From Candidatus Multivoradales bacterium (GTDB lineage: Bacteria; Acidobacteriota; Thermoanaerobaculia; Multivoradales; Multivoraceae), in NCBI GenBank assembly GCA_965223325.1, contig CBDCWI010000002.1:3552001-3616000 (forward strand): a stretch of DNA of 64,000 nucleotides. Direction: 5' to 3'. A model generated the notes under the pieces. That model made no database searches, was not told the origin of the DNA, and was given only the letters and a program-made list of their open reading frames with translations. This document shows positions 1-9,792 of the stretch, piece after piece (the stretch's first letter is position 1; each line of letters begins with the position of its first letter). Both the position numbers and the translations under genes were made by a program.

Positions 1-382
1 GATCGAGATCGGGTCCGCCTACCCGCTGAAGGAAGAGCTACGGCTCGAGATCAAAGGGCGCGATCTCGTCGAGGGGGTTCCGCGCACCCTGGTGATCACC
101 GACGAGGAGATCCGCGAGTCCTTGGCCGAGCCGGTCTCGACCATCGTCGAAGCGGTGCGCCAGGCGCTCGAGCGCACTCCGCCTGAGCTGTCGGCTGACA
201 TCATGGACAAAGGAATTGTGCTCTCGGGAGGCGGCGCGATGTTGCGAGCGCTGGATCAGCGCTTGCGCGATGAAACCGGTCTACCGGTCGTGTTGGCGGA
301 GGACCCGTTGGCTTCGGTCGTTCTGGGCACCGGACGAGTCGTCGAAGACCTCGAACTCTTGCGCAAGGTGTCGATCCACTAG
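1..382 (+). CDS. mreB: Rod shape-determining actin-like ATPase MreB (3' part; gene starts before the window)
   Basis: Frame open from position 2: IEIGSAYPL..EIKGRDLVEGVPRTL..ALERTPPELSADIMDKGIVLSGGGAML..AEDPLASVVLGTG; followed by mreC/mreD. Confidence 0.97.
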   Translation, partial: IEIGSAYPLKEELRLEIKGRDLVEGVPRTLVITDEEIRESLAEPVSTIVEAVRQALERTPPELSADIMDKGIVLSGGGAMLRALDQRLRDETGLPVVLAEDPLASVVLGTGRVVEDLELLRKVSIH

Positions 383-385
383 ATA

Positions 386-469
386 GTGATCTGTCGAGGA
401 GTGACAACACAGAGGTCGCGTGCGAGGGCCGCTCAGACGCTAGGCGCCTTCGCTGGTACGGAGTACCAG
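386..469. repeat. Partial, diverged copy (right half) of the ~165-bp CTAG-bounded hairpin element
   Basis: GTGATCTGTCGAGGAGTGACAACACAGAG...CAGACGCT...TGGTACGGAGTACCAG matches the 3' half of the copies at 11667-11832 and 53292-53456. Confidence 0.85.
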
Positions 470-554
470 GGAGGCAACTGGCCCACCCGGCCGCCGTCCG
501 TTTCGAGATACAGGACGTGTTGAAACCACCCCCAGAACCGTTCTCTAGCACTCC

Positions 555-1400
555 GTGGGCGCCGTGACGGAACGCCGCAGCGCCCTCTTGCTCGCCGTCG
601 TGTTGCTGATGCATCTGGTCGCGCTCAGTGCGCAGACCACGAGCCCGACTGGTGAGACTGGCCTCGAGCGCGCCGGCCTGCTGGCCGTTCGCCCGTTGCT
701 GTGGAGTCTCGACGAGGCTTTCGATGCCGGCGCTCGTCTGCGCCGTTCGCTTTACCGCCGAACCCGCCTGCAGCGCGAAAACCAGGAGCTGCGCGCCGAG
801 AACCACGCGCTCGCTCTCGACCTGGCGCGTTTGCGGGGTGTGGAGCAGGAACTCGATCGCATGGCGGCGGCGACCGGCTTTGCGCCGCCGCGTAACGTGC
901 GGGCGGTGCCCGCCGACGTCACCTTCATCGACCACCGGTCGTTCCTTCGTACGCTCATTCTGCGCGTTGCCGACGAGGACGCCGAGCTCTTGCGCGCCGA
1001 CCTTCCGGTGTCGTCAGCCGAGGGACTGGTTGGCCGCATTGTCTCGACCAGCGGTCCATGGGCGCGAGTGCAGCTGATTACCGATCGCGCCTCGAGCGTC
1101 GGTGCGATGGTCGAGCGCACGCGGCGTCAGGGGATTGTGCAGGGAGGTGGCGAGAGCGGAGGCCTGGTGTTCGACTATCTGCCGCTGCAGGCCGACGTAC
1201 GCGTCGGCGATCGCCTGGTGAGCGCCGGTATCGACGGGGTCTACCCGCGCGGTTCGCTGGTCGGTGAAGTGACGACGGCCGAGCGCGGCGACGATCTCTT
1301 CTGGGAGATTGGGGTCATCCCGGCGGTCGATTTCGGAGCTCTCGACCAGGTGTTCGTTCTGATCACCGCGCCGCTGCCCGATGAGCTCGAGGCCGACTGA
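555..1400 (+). CDS. mreC: Rod shape-determining protein MreC
   Basis: N-terminal TM, coiled coil (LQRENQELRAEN), GLVGRIV, VQLITD, VRVGDRLVSAGIDGVYPRG; operon position. Start could be GTG 564. Confidence 0.93.
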   Translation: MGAVTERRSALLLAVVLLMHLVALSAQTTSPTGETGLERAGLLAVRPLLWSLDEAFDAGARLRRSLYRRTRLQRENQELRAENHALALDLARLRGVEQELDRMAAATGFAPPRNVRAVPADVTFIDHRSFLRTLILRVADEDAELLRADLPVSSAEGLVGRIVSTSGPWARVQLITDRASSVGAMVERTRRQGIVQGGGESGGLVFDYLPLQADVRVGDRLVSAGIDGVYPRGSLVGEVTTAERGDDLFWEIGVIPAVDFGALDQVFVLITAPLPDELEAD

Positions 1401-1921
1401 TGGCAAGAGCGACGGTTCAGTTCCTCGCGCAGCTGCTCGCGGTAGCCGCCATCCACGTCGTCGTGGTGCAACTGCTGCCTTCCTGGCCGCGCTACGTCGA
1501 CCTCTTTGTGGTCCTGGCGATTTTCGTAGCGCTGCGCGGGAACACCGTCGCGGCGCTTTTGGCGGGTACGGTCGTGGGCGTCGCGCAGGATGCGCTGATC
1601 GGCGGGCGCTTTGGCCTCCATGGTTTCGCCACTACGCTGACTGCCTACGCCGTCGCGCGCCTGAGCCAACAGCTTGCCGTGCAACAGCGCGCGGTTGTCT
1701 TTCTCATCTATCTACTGGCAACGCTACTCCATCAGGGCATTCTGGCGCTCCTCCTCCTGTGGCTCTTTGCGGACTCGCACTTGCCCACCCCCTGGCAGTT
1801 GATGATCAAATCAGTGGTCGCCGCGGTTCTCGGACTGGTTGCGCTTACCGCCGCGGGTCGGCTCGGCCGGCGGAGGGAAGTGCGCAGCCAGCAACGGCGC
1901 TCGAAACCGCGTCTCGGCTGA
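1400..1921 (+). CDS. mreD: Rod shape-determining protein MreD
   Basis: Small polytopic membrane protein with G-x-x-Q-D-A-L and GLHGF motifs, coupled to the mreC stop. Confidence 0.88.
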   Translation: MARATVQFLAQLLAVAAIHVVVVQLLPSWPRYVDLFVVLAIFVALRGNTVAALLAGTVVGVAQDALIGGRFGLHGFATTLTAYAVARLSQQLAVQQRAVVFLIYLLATLLHQGILALLLLWLFADSHLPTPWQLMIKSVVAAVLGLVALTAAGRLGRRREVRSQQRRSKPRLG

Positions 1922-1954
1922 GATGGTTCGTCATGAAACTCGAAACGCATCGTC

Positions 1955-3760
1955 ATGAGTGAGCACAACACCCCGAACCGCCAGGGTGAACACCTCGAAA
2001 CGCTCGCCAGTCGACTGCGCCGGGTAGCTACCGCCGGGCTCACCGCCTTCATTGTCGTTGGGGCCAGCTACTGGTACTACCAGGTCATCGAGGGCCCGCA
2101 CTTTGGTGAGCTGGCTGAGAACAACCGTATTCGTCGCGGGCGGATCACGGCACCGCGTGGGCTGATCCACGATCGTCACGGGCGACTGCTGGTCGAGAAC
2201 GTGCCGAGCTACGACCTTCTTCTCGATCGCAGCCTCAGCGCTGACCTCGAAGCCAGTGTCGACCTCGCCGTGGACATTCTCGAGCGCCCACGCGAGGAGT
2301 TTGAAACCGCCGTCGAGCGCTCCCAGAGCTTGCCGAAGTTCCGCCCGATCACCGTGGCTCAAGACCTCACCTTGAGCGAGGTGGCGCGCTTCGAAGCAGC
2401 ATCGATTCGCCATCCGGAGTTTTCCATCGAGGTCCAGAAGCGGCGGCTCTACCGCCACGGTCCCCAGACCGCGCACCTGCTCGGCTACCTGGGAGAAGCC
2501 TCGCAGGACGAGATCCGGGAGCTGGATCGCAGCTCAGGCGACCTGGTCGGCAGGGAAGGAATCGAGCAGGCATGGGATGACCGCCTACGCGGCGACAACG
2601 GCGAGCGCGAAGTCGTTGTCGACAGCCGCGGCAAGGTGGTCGAAGAGTACCGGCGCGCCAGCGCTGTACCCGGCGAACCGCTCCGACTGACGATCGATCT
2701 CGACCTGCAAAAGGAGGCCGCGTTTCTTCTCGAAGGCCTGGTTGGAGCCGTCATCGCGCTCGACCCACGCGACGGCGCGGTGCGCGCGATGGTGTCGTCT
2801 CCGAGCTACGACCCGAACCAGTTCGTGCGCGGCCTCAAGGCCTCGGAATGGCGGGAGCTGGTCGAGTCCGATCACCACCCGCTGCAGAACCGCGGCATCC
2901 AGAACACCTATCCACCTGGTTCGGTGTTCAAGATCGTCATGGCGGTCGCAGCGCTCGAAGAGGGGTTCACCGACCCCGCGCGCACGATCTGGTGCAACGG
3001 TTCGACCAGGATCTACGAGCGTCGCCGTCGTTGCTGGAAGGCAGGCGGGCACGGGTGGGTCGACTTGCTAGGAGCGCTGCGCGAGTCCTGCGACGTCTAC
3101 TTCTACAAGGTTGGCAACGAGATGGGCATAGGACCGATCGGGACCTGGGCAAAGCACTTCGGCCTCGGTACCGAATCCGCCGTCGGTCTTCCGGGTGAAC
3201 GCGGCGGATTGGTACCTGACGAAACATACCGGGAGCGCCGCCGCACCCCCTGGTACGCCGGCGAGACGATTTCGGTCGCCATCGGTCAGGGCCCGATCCT
3301 GACCACGCCACTGCAGGTCGCCGCCATGGTTGCGATCGCCGCGAACGGTGGCTACCGGGTCAAGCCGTATCTCGTCGAAGGCCAGGCTGCGGCGCGCCAG
3401 AAGCTGGCCATTGCCCCAGAGAATTTGGCGCGGGTTCGAGATGGCCTGCGGGCGGTGGTCAACGACGAGGGGGGAACCGGTCGCGTCGCACGACTCGACG
3501 ACCATCTCGTAGCCGGCAAGACCGGGACAGCTCAAGTTGTCGAACAGAAGACCCGCACGGCCTCCGCTTCCCTCGACTGGCAGTACCGTGAACATGCGTG
3601 GTTTGCCGCCTTCGCCCCCTACGACGATCCCGAACTGGTGGTCGTCATCTTTGTTGAACATGGAGGCAGCGGCTCCGGCTCTGCCGCCCCCCTAGCTCGA
3701 GCTCTCTATGAGAAGTACTTCTCCCTCCAGCGCGTCTATCGGTCGCCTACAGCTGGATGA
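1955..3760 (+). CDS. mrdA: Penicillin-binding protein 2 (class B transpeptidase)
   Basis: APRGLIHDR, PGSVFK (SxxK), SCDVYFY, AGKTGTAQ motifs. Confidence 0.95.
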   Translation: MSEHNTPNRQGEHLETLASRLRRVATAGLTAFIVVGASYWYYQVIEGPHFGELAENNRIRRGRITAPRGLIHDRHGRLLVENVPSYDLLLDRSLSADLEASVDLAVDILERPREEFETAVERSQSLPKFRPITVAQDLTLSEVARFEAASIRHPEFSIEVQKRRLYRHGPQTAHLLGYLGEASQDEIRELDRSSGDLVGREGIEQAWDDRLRGDNGEREVVVDSRGKVVEEYRRASAVPGEPLRLTIDLDLQKEAAFLLEGLVGAVIALDPRDGAVRAMVSSPSYDPNQFVRGLKASEWRELVESDHHPLQNRGIQNTYPPGSVFKIVMAVAALEEGFTDPARTIWCNGSTRIYERRRRCWKAGGHGWVDLLGALRESCDVYFYKVGNEMGIGPIGTWAKHFGLGTESAVGLPGERGGLVPDETYRERRRTPWYAGETISVAIGQGPILTTPLQVAAMVAIAANGGYRVKPYLVEGQAAARQKLAIAPENLARVRDGLRAVVNDEGGTGRVARLDDHLVAGKTGTAQVVEQKTRTASASLDWQYREHAWFAAFAPYDDPELVVVIFVEHGGSGSGSAAPLARALYEKYFSLQRVYRSPTAG

Positions 3761-4850
3761 TCGAGCCTTGGGTTGGGGCGGAAGCCTCGCCTGGCCGATT
3801 CTCTTCTGCTCGGTGGTCCTGGCCCTCATCGGTGCCGCGACGATTCATAGTGCGAGCTCCGAGCTGGCTACCGACTATCTCCCTCGTCAGCTGGTGTGGA
3901 TCGGCGTGGGGCTCTTGGCGTTCGCGGCTGGTCTTCTGATCGACTATCGGTGGCTCATTCGCGTTGCGCCCTGGTTGTTCCTCGGCGGACTGCTGGCGGT
4001 TCTGCTGGTGACCTTGTTCGGACACGAGGCCGGTGGCGCGCGCAGCTGGGTCGGCCTCTTTGGGCTCGGCGGGCAGCCGTCTGACTTCATGAAGGTTGCG
4101 ACGGCTCTCTTGCTGGCGCGCTACCTGGCGAGCATCAAGCAGCCGCTACTGTCGGTGCGCGAGATTGGCTGGGCATTCGTCATCGTACTGTTTCCAATTG
4201 CCCTGGTGGCGTTCCAGCCCGACCTCGGTGGTGCCGTCATGTTCCTGCCGATTCTCGCTGGCATGTTGCTGGTCGCCGGCGTTCGGTTTCGGCTCATACT
4301 CCTCGCGCTCCTGATCGTCATTGTCGCCGCAGGAAGTCTCTGGACGTTCGGCATGCGCGACTACCAGAAGGACCGCATCCTCAGCTTCGTCCAGCCCGAG
4401 CGCGATCCGCTCGGGGCCGGTTATCAGCTGCGCCAGAGCAAGATCGCCGTCGGCTCGGGGCAGATCGTCGGCAAGGGCTTCATGCAGGGCACCCAGAGTC
4501 AACTTCGCTTCCTGCCCGCGCGTCACACCGACTTCATCTTCGCCGTGCTTGCCGAGGAGCGTGGGTTCGTCGGAGTCCTCGTTGTCCTGCTGCTCTACGC
4601 GACGTACTTCAGGAACGGTGTTCTAGCGGCACTGAGGGCGCGTGATCGAGGTGGACTCCTTCTGGTCACCGGCCTGCTGGCGGTGATTGCTGCCTATGTT
4701 CTCTACAATACGGCGATGATGATCGGCCTCCTGCCGGTCACCGGCATCCCTCTGCCCTTCCTCAGCTATGGCGGTTCGTTTACGTTGTTCTGTTTCTTTT
4801 CAAGTGGCCTGATCGCCGGCGTCGACCGCCGCCGCTACGTCAATCGCTAG
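3708..4850 (+). CDS. rodA: Peptidoglycan glycosyltransferase RodA (SEDS family)
   Basis: GARSW, QPSDFMK, QPDLG, GYQLRQSKIAVGSG, FLPARHTDFIF, TGIPLPFLSYGGS; start overlaps the mrdA end and is uncertain. Confidence 0.95.
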   Translation: MRSTSPSSASIGRLQLDDRALGWGGSLAWPILFCSVVLALIGAATIHSASSELATDYLPRQLVWIGVGLLAFAAGLLIDYRWLIRVAPWLFLGGLLAVLLVTLFGHEAGGARSWVGLFGLGGQPSDFMKVATALLLARYLASIKQPLLSVREIGWAFVIVLFPIALVAFQPDLGGAVMFLPILAGMLLVAGVRFRLILLALLIVIVAAGSLWTFGMRDYQKDRILSFVQPERDPLGAGYQLRQSKIAVGSGQIVGKGFMQGTQSQLRFLPARHTDFIFAVLAEERGFVGVLVVLLLYATYFRNGVLAALRARDRGGLLLVTGLLAVIAAYVLYNTAMMIGLLPVTGIPLPFLSYGGSFTLFCFFSSGLIAGVDRRRYVNR

Positions 4851-4853
4851 CGC

Positions 4854-6371
4854 ATGAGCGTCACCAGAAAAATGCTCGTCGAGAGCGACCCGCATCAAAC
4901 CCGGGTCGCAGTACTCGAGAACGATGCGCTCACCGAGATCTACGTCGAGCGCAAACACGATCTCGGTGTCGTCGGGAACATCTACAAGGGGCGCGTCAAT
5001 CGCGTGCTGCCGGGAATGCAGGCGGCCTTCGTCGACATCGGTCTCGAGCGCGACGCCTTTCTCTACGTTTCCGATGTTGGCGGACAAGCCGAGACCGACG
5101 ACACGGTTCGCATCTCGCTCGCCGAGCTCAACCTCGAGCGTGACGAAGGTAGCAAGACTCCGAGCGGCGAAGTGTCAATCGCCGATCTTCTGCGTGAAGG
5201 CCAGGAGGTGCTCGTTCAGGTGACCAAAGACGCCTTGCCCAACAAGGGCGCACGCGTCACAACACATTTGACCTTGCCAAGCCGGCACCTGGTGCTGCTG
5301 CCCTCGGTCACCCACCTTGGTATTTCGCGGCGCATCGAAGGTGAAGACGAGCGCCATCGCCTGCACACCATGTTGGATGCCTTGCGGCGGCCTGGCGAAG
5401 GGCTGATCGTGCGCACGGTGGCCGAGGGTCAGGGCGAGGAGGAACTCGGGCGCGATCTCACCTACCTTCATCGGCTCTGGGAGCGGGTTCATGAGAGCGC
5501 CGCGAAGGTAGGCCCACCGACGCTCATTCATCGCGAGCTGGATATCGCCCTGCGGGTCGTCCGCGACGAGTTCAACTCGGACTTCAGCGTTTTGTGGGTC
5601 GACGGCGAAGACGCGTATGAGCGCATCGTGGACTTCCTTGACCTGGTCCAGCCGTCGCTGGTCGGCCGGGTCAAGCTCGACCATCAGGAGTCGGGCCTGT
5701 TCGACCGCTTCGGAGTCGAGTCCGAGATCGAAAGTGCACTACAAAGCAAGGTGTGGCTCAAGTCGGGCGGACACCTATTCATCGATCAAACCGAAGCGCT
5801 GGTTTCGATTGACGTGAATACCGGGCGTTTCGTTGGCAAGCGCGACCTCGAAGATACCGTCCTGCGTACCAACCTCGAAGCCGTAGGCGAGATCGTTCGC
5901 CAGATTCGCCTGCGCGACCTTTCCGGTATTCTGATCATCGACTTCATCGACATGACCGAGGTCCAGCATCGCGAAGAAGTTCACCGCGCCCTCGAGCAAG
6001 AGCTGACACGCGACCGCGCCAAGAGCAAGCTCAGCAGCATTTCGGAGTTCGGGCTGGTCCAGGTGACGCGAAAGCGCAGTCACTCCAACCTCGAGCGCCT
6101 GATGACGCAGCCGTGCCCCTACTGTCGAGGGCGGGGGCGCATCAAGGCGCTCGGCACGATCTGCCTGGCGCTGCGGCGAGAGGTCCTCGAACGCGCCAGC
6201 CGCGGCCGGGTACGCGAAATCCTGGTGCGGGTGCACCCGCAGGTCGCCCAGGCTCTCCAGACCGAGGAGCGCGCCATTCTCGACGAGTTCGACCAGGCCT
6301 TTGCGTCGACGATTCTCCTGCAGTCAGATCCATCGCTCCACCACGAGAAGTTCAGCGTCACCGACGCCTAA
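4854..6371 (+). CDS. rng: Ribonuclease G (Rne/Rng family)
   Basis: GNIYKGRVNRVLPGMQAAFVDIG, IDVNTG, IIDFIDM, CPYCRGRG; no RNase E C-terminal scaffold. Confidence 0.93.
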   Translation: MSVTRKMLVESDPHQTRVAVLENDALTEIYVERKHDLGVVGNIYKGRVNRVLPGMQAAFVDIGLERDAFLYVSDVGGQAETDDTVRISLAELNLERDEGSKTPSGEVSIADLLREGQEVLVQVTKDALPNKGARVTTHLTLPSRHLVLLPSVTHLGISRRIEGEDERHRLHTMLDALRRPGEGLIVRTVAEGQGEEELGRDLTYLHRLWERVHESAAKVGPPTLIHRELDIALRVVRDEFNSDFSVLWVDGEDAYERIVDFLDLVQPSLVGRVKLDHQESGLFDRFGVESEIESALQSKVWLKSGGHLFIDQTEALVSIDVNTGRFVGKRDLEDTVLRTNLEAVGEIVRQIRLRDLSGILIIDFIDMTEVQHREEVHRALEQELTRDRAKSKLSSISEFGLVQVTRKRSHSNLERLMTQPCPYCRGRGRIKALGTICLALRREVLERASRGRVREILVRVHPQVAQALQTEERAILDEFDQAFASTILLQSDPSLHHEKFSVTDA

Positions 6372-6437
6372 AGGAGTTCTGGAAGGAGCGGCGGCCCGGG
6401 CGTGGGCACCGATGCCTTCTAGCACCGGGCAACCAGC

Positions 6438-8705
6438 ATGCAACTCAACCTCGACCAGCCGCCGGTTCAAGTCGAGGTCGCGGAGTCGCTCGCTGCCCTG
6501 GCCGCCGAGGAACACCTGAAGGCTCACCTGCCGGTGGTTCTCGACCCCGAGTCGACTTCTGAAACCCTTCATTGGGGGCGCAACTGGCTCTACGCCGCCG
6601 AGCTCGAGGTCGAGGGCAGCGAACCGATTCCGGTGGTCAGCAAGCTCTTTCGGCACCAGACCCTCAAGTCTCGCTTGAGGCGCCGCATGCGAGGCAGCAA
6701 GGCGGCGCGCTCCTACCGGGCTGCCGCTGCGGTCGAGGCGGCGGGCGTTCGAACGCCGGAGCCGTTGCTCTATGCCGACTCGTTCGAACTCGAGGGGCCG
6801 TCGTGGTTCGTTTGCCGGCGCCTCGAAGAGGCGCTCGAGGTGCGCTACGTCTTGCGGGCCCTGAACGCCGGTACCGCCGCCTTTGACTTTCCGAGCGTCA
6901 GCACCCCCGCCTTGTTGAAGGCGATGGGTGCCCTCGCCGCCCGTCTGCACGAACATCAGATCTGGCACCGCGATCTCACCAGCGGCAATGTTCTGATCTG
7001 GCCCCCTCCTCCGGCCGAGGGCCCGGTGGTTGACGACTTCAGTGGCCGTCTCTTTCTTTTGGATCTCAATCGCGCGCGCCTCGAACGACCGGTGTCGCGC
7101 AACGAGCGCATGCGCGAGCTGGCACGCATGCCGGTCCACAACGAGGCCGACCAGGAGATTTTCCTGGCGGGCTACTACGGCGAACGGGAGGTGCCGGCAC
7201 TGGATCGTTTCCTCTACCGGTGCCATCACCAGGGCTTCCTGCTGAAGAACCGTTCGAAGAAGAGTGTGCGTGGCTTCTTCCGGCGCCTGGCCGACATGCT
7301 CCTACCGCGGCGCAAGCCGCACGTGCACATCCCGCCTTCGGAGGAGGGCACCGCAGTGCGCGATCGCATCGTCTGGGATCGGCTCTCAGACCAGCCTCAT
7401 CAGCACGCCTCGAAGCTCGACAAGCTGCGCGTTCGCGCCCGGGACGCGCCGGGTCACCTACACATGCTTGGCCTGGCGGCCGGGCTGCTGGCACGCAGCA
7501 GGTCGCGCGCCAGGGAGCTGACCAAAGCCGCCTTTCAAGTGCCGATCGAGTTCCCTCTGCCAGGGATCGCGCTACGGCCGTGGCCGAAGGCACCCGAGGC
7601 GTTGCTTGCCGAAGTCGAAGCGCTGGGAGTGCAAAGAGTCCTGCTGCGACTTCATGCCTGGGAACCCGAGGGGCGAGGCGACGAAGAAGCGTTGGCCAAA
7701 GCACTCAACGAGCGCGGGATCGAGGTCGACTTTGCCGTCCCCCAGAACCGCGACCTGGTGCGCGATCCCGCCGCCTGGAGAAGAGAACTCGAAGACATTG
7801 CCGAGCGCTTCCTTCCCCTCGGGCAGCACTTCCAGGTTGGTCAGGCCGTCAACCGGTCGAAATGGGGGGTCTGGCGCGCACGGGAGTTTGTCGACCTCTA
7901 CTCTGCGGCGCGCGAAGTGCTGCGCGCCTCGGCGGCTGCCAGCGAGCGGGAGGTCAGGGTTCTCGGCCCGGCGGTGATCGATTTCGAGCCCCACGCGACG
8001 GCCGGGTATCTAGGTCGTCGCGCCGAAGGGTTCGAGTTCGATGTGGTGTCACACCTGCTCTACGTCGACCGCCGCGGTGCGCCCGAGAATCGCCAGCTGG
8101 GTCAGGGCACGGTAGGTAAGCTGGCCTGGATGCGGGCCTTGGCCGAGAAGTCGCCGAACTGTTCCTCCGGCCGCAGCTGGGTGACCGAGGTCAACTGGCC
8201 GCTACAGGAGGGGCCGCACTCGCCGGCCGGCAAGGACGTTGCGGTCTCGGAAGAGCGCCAGGCCGACTACCTGGCGCGCTATTTCCTGATGGCGCTCGGC
8301 TCGGGTCTGGCGGAGCGGGTGTATTGGTGGCAACTGATCGCGCGCGGTTACGGCCTGATTGCGCCGGATCCCAAGGACCCCACCAATCTTCGTCGCCGGG
8401 CCTCGTTCGACGCCCTCGCGTGGCTGGCGCGCGAGATGTCAGGCCGCGTCGTCCTGGGGCGCCTTCGCACCACCGCCGACATCTGGTTGCTGCGATTTGC
8501 CCCGCGGGCATGCGAAGACGATCAGCGCGAGGTGCTGGTGGGATGGTCGGCGAGCGATGCGCCCCTCGATGTCAGCCTGCCCGAGGACTACAGGGGTGAG
8601 ATCGCTAGCGCCCGTGACATTTTCGGGCGCGGGGTCGATCGGCGAGGTCGCTCCGCCCGTCTACGTGCGACTCCGATGGTTTTCCGTGTCGAACGCTCGG
8701 AATAG
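6438..8705 (+). CDS. Fusion of an LPS/Kdo-type sugar kinase (N-terminal) and a clan GH-A-like TIM-barrel domain (C-terminal)
   Basis: Kinase motifs GVRTPEPL, WHRDLTSGNVLI, LLDLNR; GH-like motifs QVGQAVNRSKWG, VSHLLYVDRRGAPE, WVTEVNW, VERVYWW-like AERVYWWQL. Confidence 0.7.
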   Translation: MQLNLDQPPVQVEVAESLAALAAEEHLKAHLPVVLDPESTSETLHWGRNWLYAAELEVEGSEPIPVVSKLFRHQTLKSRLRRRMRGSKAARSYRAAAAVEAAGVRTPEPLLYADSFELEGPSWFVCRRLEEALEVRYVLRALNAGTAAFDFPSVSTPALLKAMGALAARLHEHQIWHRDLTSGNVLIWPPPPAEGPVVDDFSGRLFLLDLNRARLERPVSRNERMRELARMPVHNEADQEIFLAGYYGEREVPALDRFLYRCHHQGFLLKNRSKKSVRGFFRRLADMLLPRRKPHVHIPPSEEGTAVRDRIVWDRLSDQPHQHASKLDKLRVRARDAPGHLHMLGLAAGLLARSRSRARELTKAAFQVPIEFPLPGIALRPWPKAPEALLAEVEALGVQRVLLRLHAWEPEGRGDEEALAKALNERGIEVDFAVPQNRDLVRDPAAWRRELEDIAERFLPLGQHFQVGQAVNRSKWGVWRAREFVDLYSAAREVLRASAAASEREVRVLGPAVIDFEPHATAGYLGRRAEGFEFDVVSHLLYVDRRGAPENRQLGQGTVGKLAWMRALAEKSPNCSSGRSWVTEVNWPLQEGPHSPAGKDVAVSEERQADYLARYFLMALGSGLAERVYWWQLIARGYGLIAPDPKDPTNLRRRASFDALAWLAREMSGRVVLGRLRTTADIWLLRFAPRACEDDQREVLVGWSASDAPLDVSLPEDYRGEIASARDIFGRGVDRRGRSARLRATPMVFRVERSE

Positions 8706-8717
8706 ACTGCAGGTGCG

Positions 8718-9008
8718 ATGAAAACCCTGCGTGTGACCTGCCCTGACTGTGGTTGCGACGTCGAGATCGACGCTCAGACCGGCGCCGTCGTCGCCCACCG
8801 CGCGACCGAAGCTGCGGAGAAGCCCGACTTCGACGAGTTGTTGGCCAACCTCGATAAGCAAAAGGCGCGCACCGAGAGCCTCTTCGAGCAGGAGAAAAAG
8901 GCGCATCAGGACCGCGAACGGCTGCTCGAAGAGAAGTTCAAGGCGGCCAAGAAGCGCGCCGACGAGGCACCCGACGACGAGCCGCTGCGACCCTGGGACC
9001 TGGATTGA
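8718..9008 (+). CDS. Small hypothetical protein (CPxC knuckle plus coiled coil)
   Basis: VTCPDCGC followed by a charged helical region; stop overlaps the wzm start. Confidence 0.75.
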   Translation: MKTLRVTCPDCGCDVEIDAQTGAVVAHRATEAAEKPDFDELLANLDKQKARTESLFEQEKKAHQDRERLLEEKFKAAKKRADEAPDDEPLRPWDLD

Positions 9009-9790
9009 ACGCGCTGGTCCGCCACCGTGGCCTGCTTGCCACGCTGGTGGCGCGCGAGCTCAAGGCGCGGTACCGCGGGAGCTTTTTGGGCTTTGCCTGG
9101 TCGCTGGTCAACCCGCTCCTTCTGCTCGCGGTGTACTCGTTCGTCTTTGGCGCGGTGCTCGGGGCGCGCATGAAGGGTGTCGACCCCTATGCGGTGTTTC
9201 TGGTCTGTGGTCTCTTTCCTTGGCTCTGGGTGTCGAGCTCGCTTCTCGACGGAGTGGTCAGCCTGTCGGCGAACGCTGCGCTGATTCGCAAGGCCGTGTT
9301 CCCGGTCCGCATTCTGCCGGTCGTTTCAGTGCTCTCGAACCTGGTGCACTTCGGCCTGGCGCTTCCGGTCGTCGTTGTGGCGATCTTGGTGGCGCGCTAC
9401 TACGGCTATGAACGCGGCGACCTCTGGGCGCTTCTGCTGCCGGCTGTGGTCATCCTGCAGCTTCTGTTGTTGAGCGGCATGGCGATGGCGCTGGCAGCCC
9501 TCAACGTGCACTTCAAGGACACGCGCGACCTGACCTCGAATTTCTTGACGTTGCTCTTCTTCATGGCGCCGATCCTCTACCCGTTGGCGGCCATCCCGGA
9601 GCGCTTCCAGCTTCTGATCCGCCTCAATCCGTTCACCCCCTTCACTCTCGCCTACCACGACATCTTCTTCTACGGTCGCGCACCGGAACCCCGCTTGTGG
9701 GTCGAAATGGCGGTCTACGGTCTCTTGGCCTGGCTTCTGGGGAGCCTCTTGTTCTCGCGCCTCGAACCAAGCCTGGCGGAGGCGGTCTGA
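9005..9790 (+). CDS. wzm: Polysaccharide ABC exporter permease (Wzm/TagG)
   Basis: RELKARYRGSFLGFAWSLVNPL, FFMAPILYP, LNPF; TTG start. Confidence 0.93.
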   Translation: MNALVRHRGLLATLVARELKARYRGSFLGFAWSLVNPLLLLAVYSFVFGAVLGARMKGVDPYAVFLVCGLFPWLWVSSSLLDGVVSLSANAALIRKAVFPVRILPVVSVLSNLVHFGLALPVVVVAILVARYYGYERGDLWALLLPAVVILQLLLLSGMAMALAALNVHFKDTRDLTSNFLTLLFFMAPILYPLAAIPERFQLLIRLNPFTPFTLAYHDIFFYGRAPEPRLWVEMAVYGLLAWLLGSLLFSRLEPSLAEAV

Positions 9791-9792
9791 GC

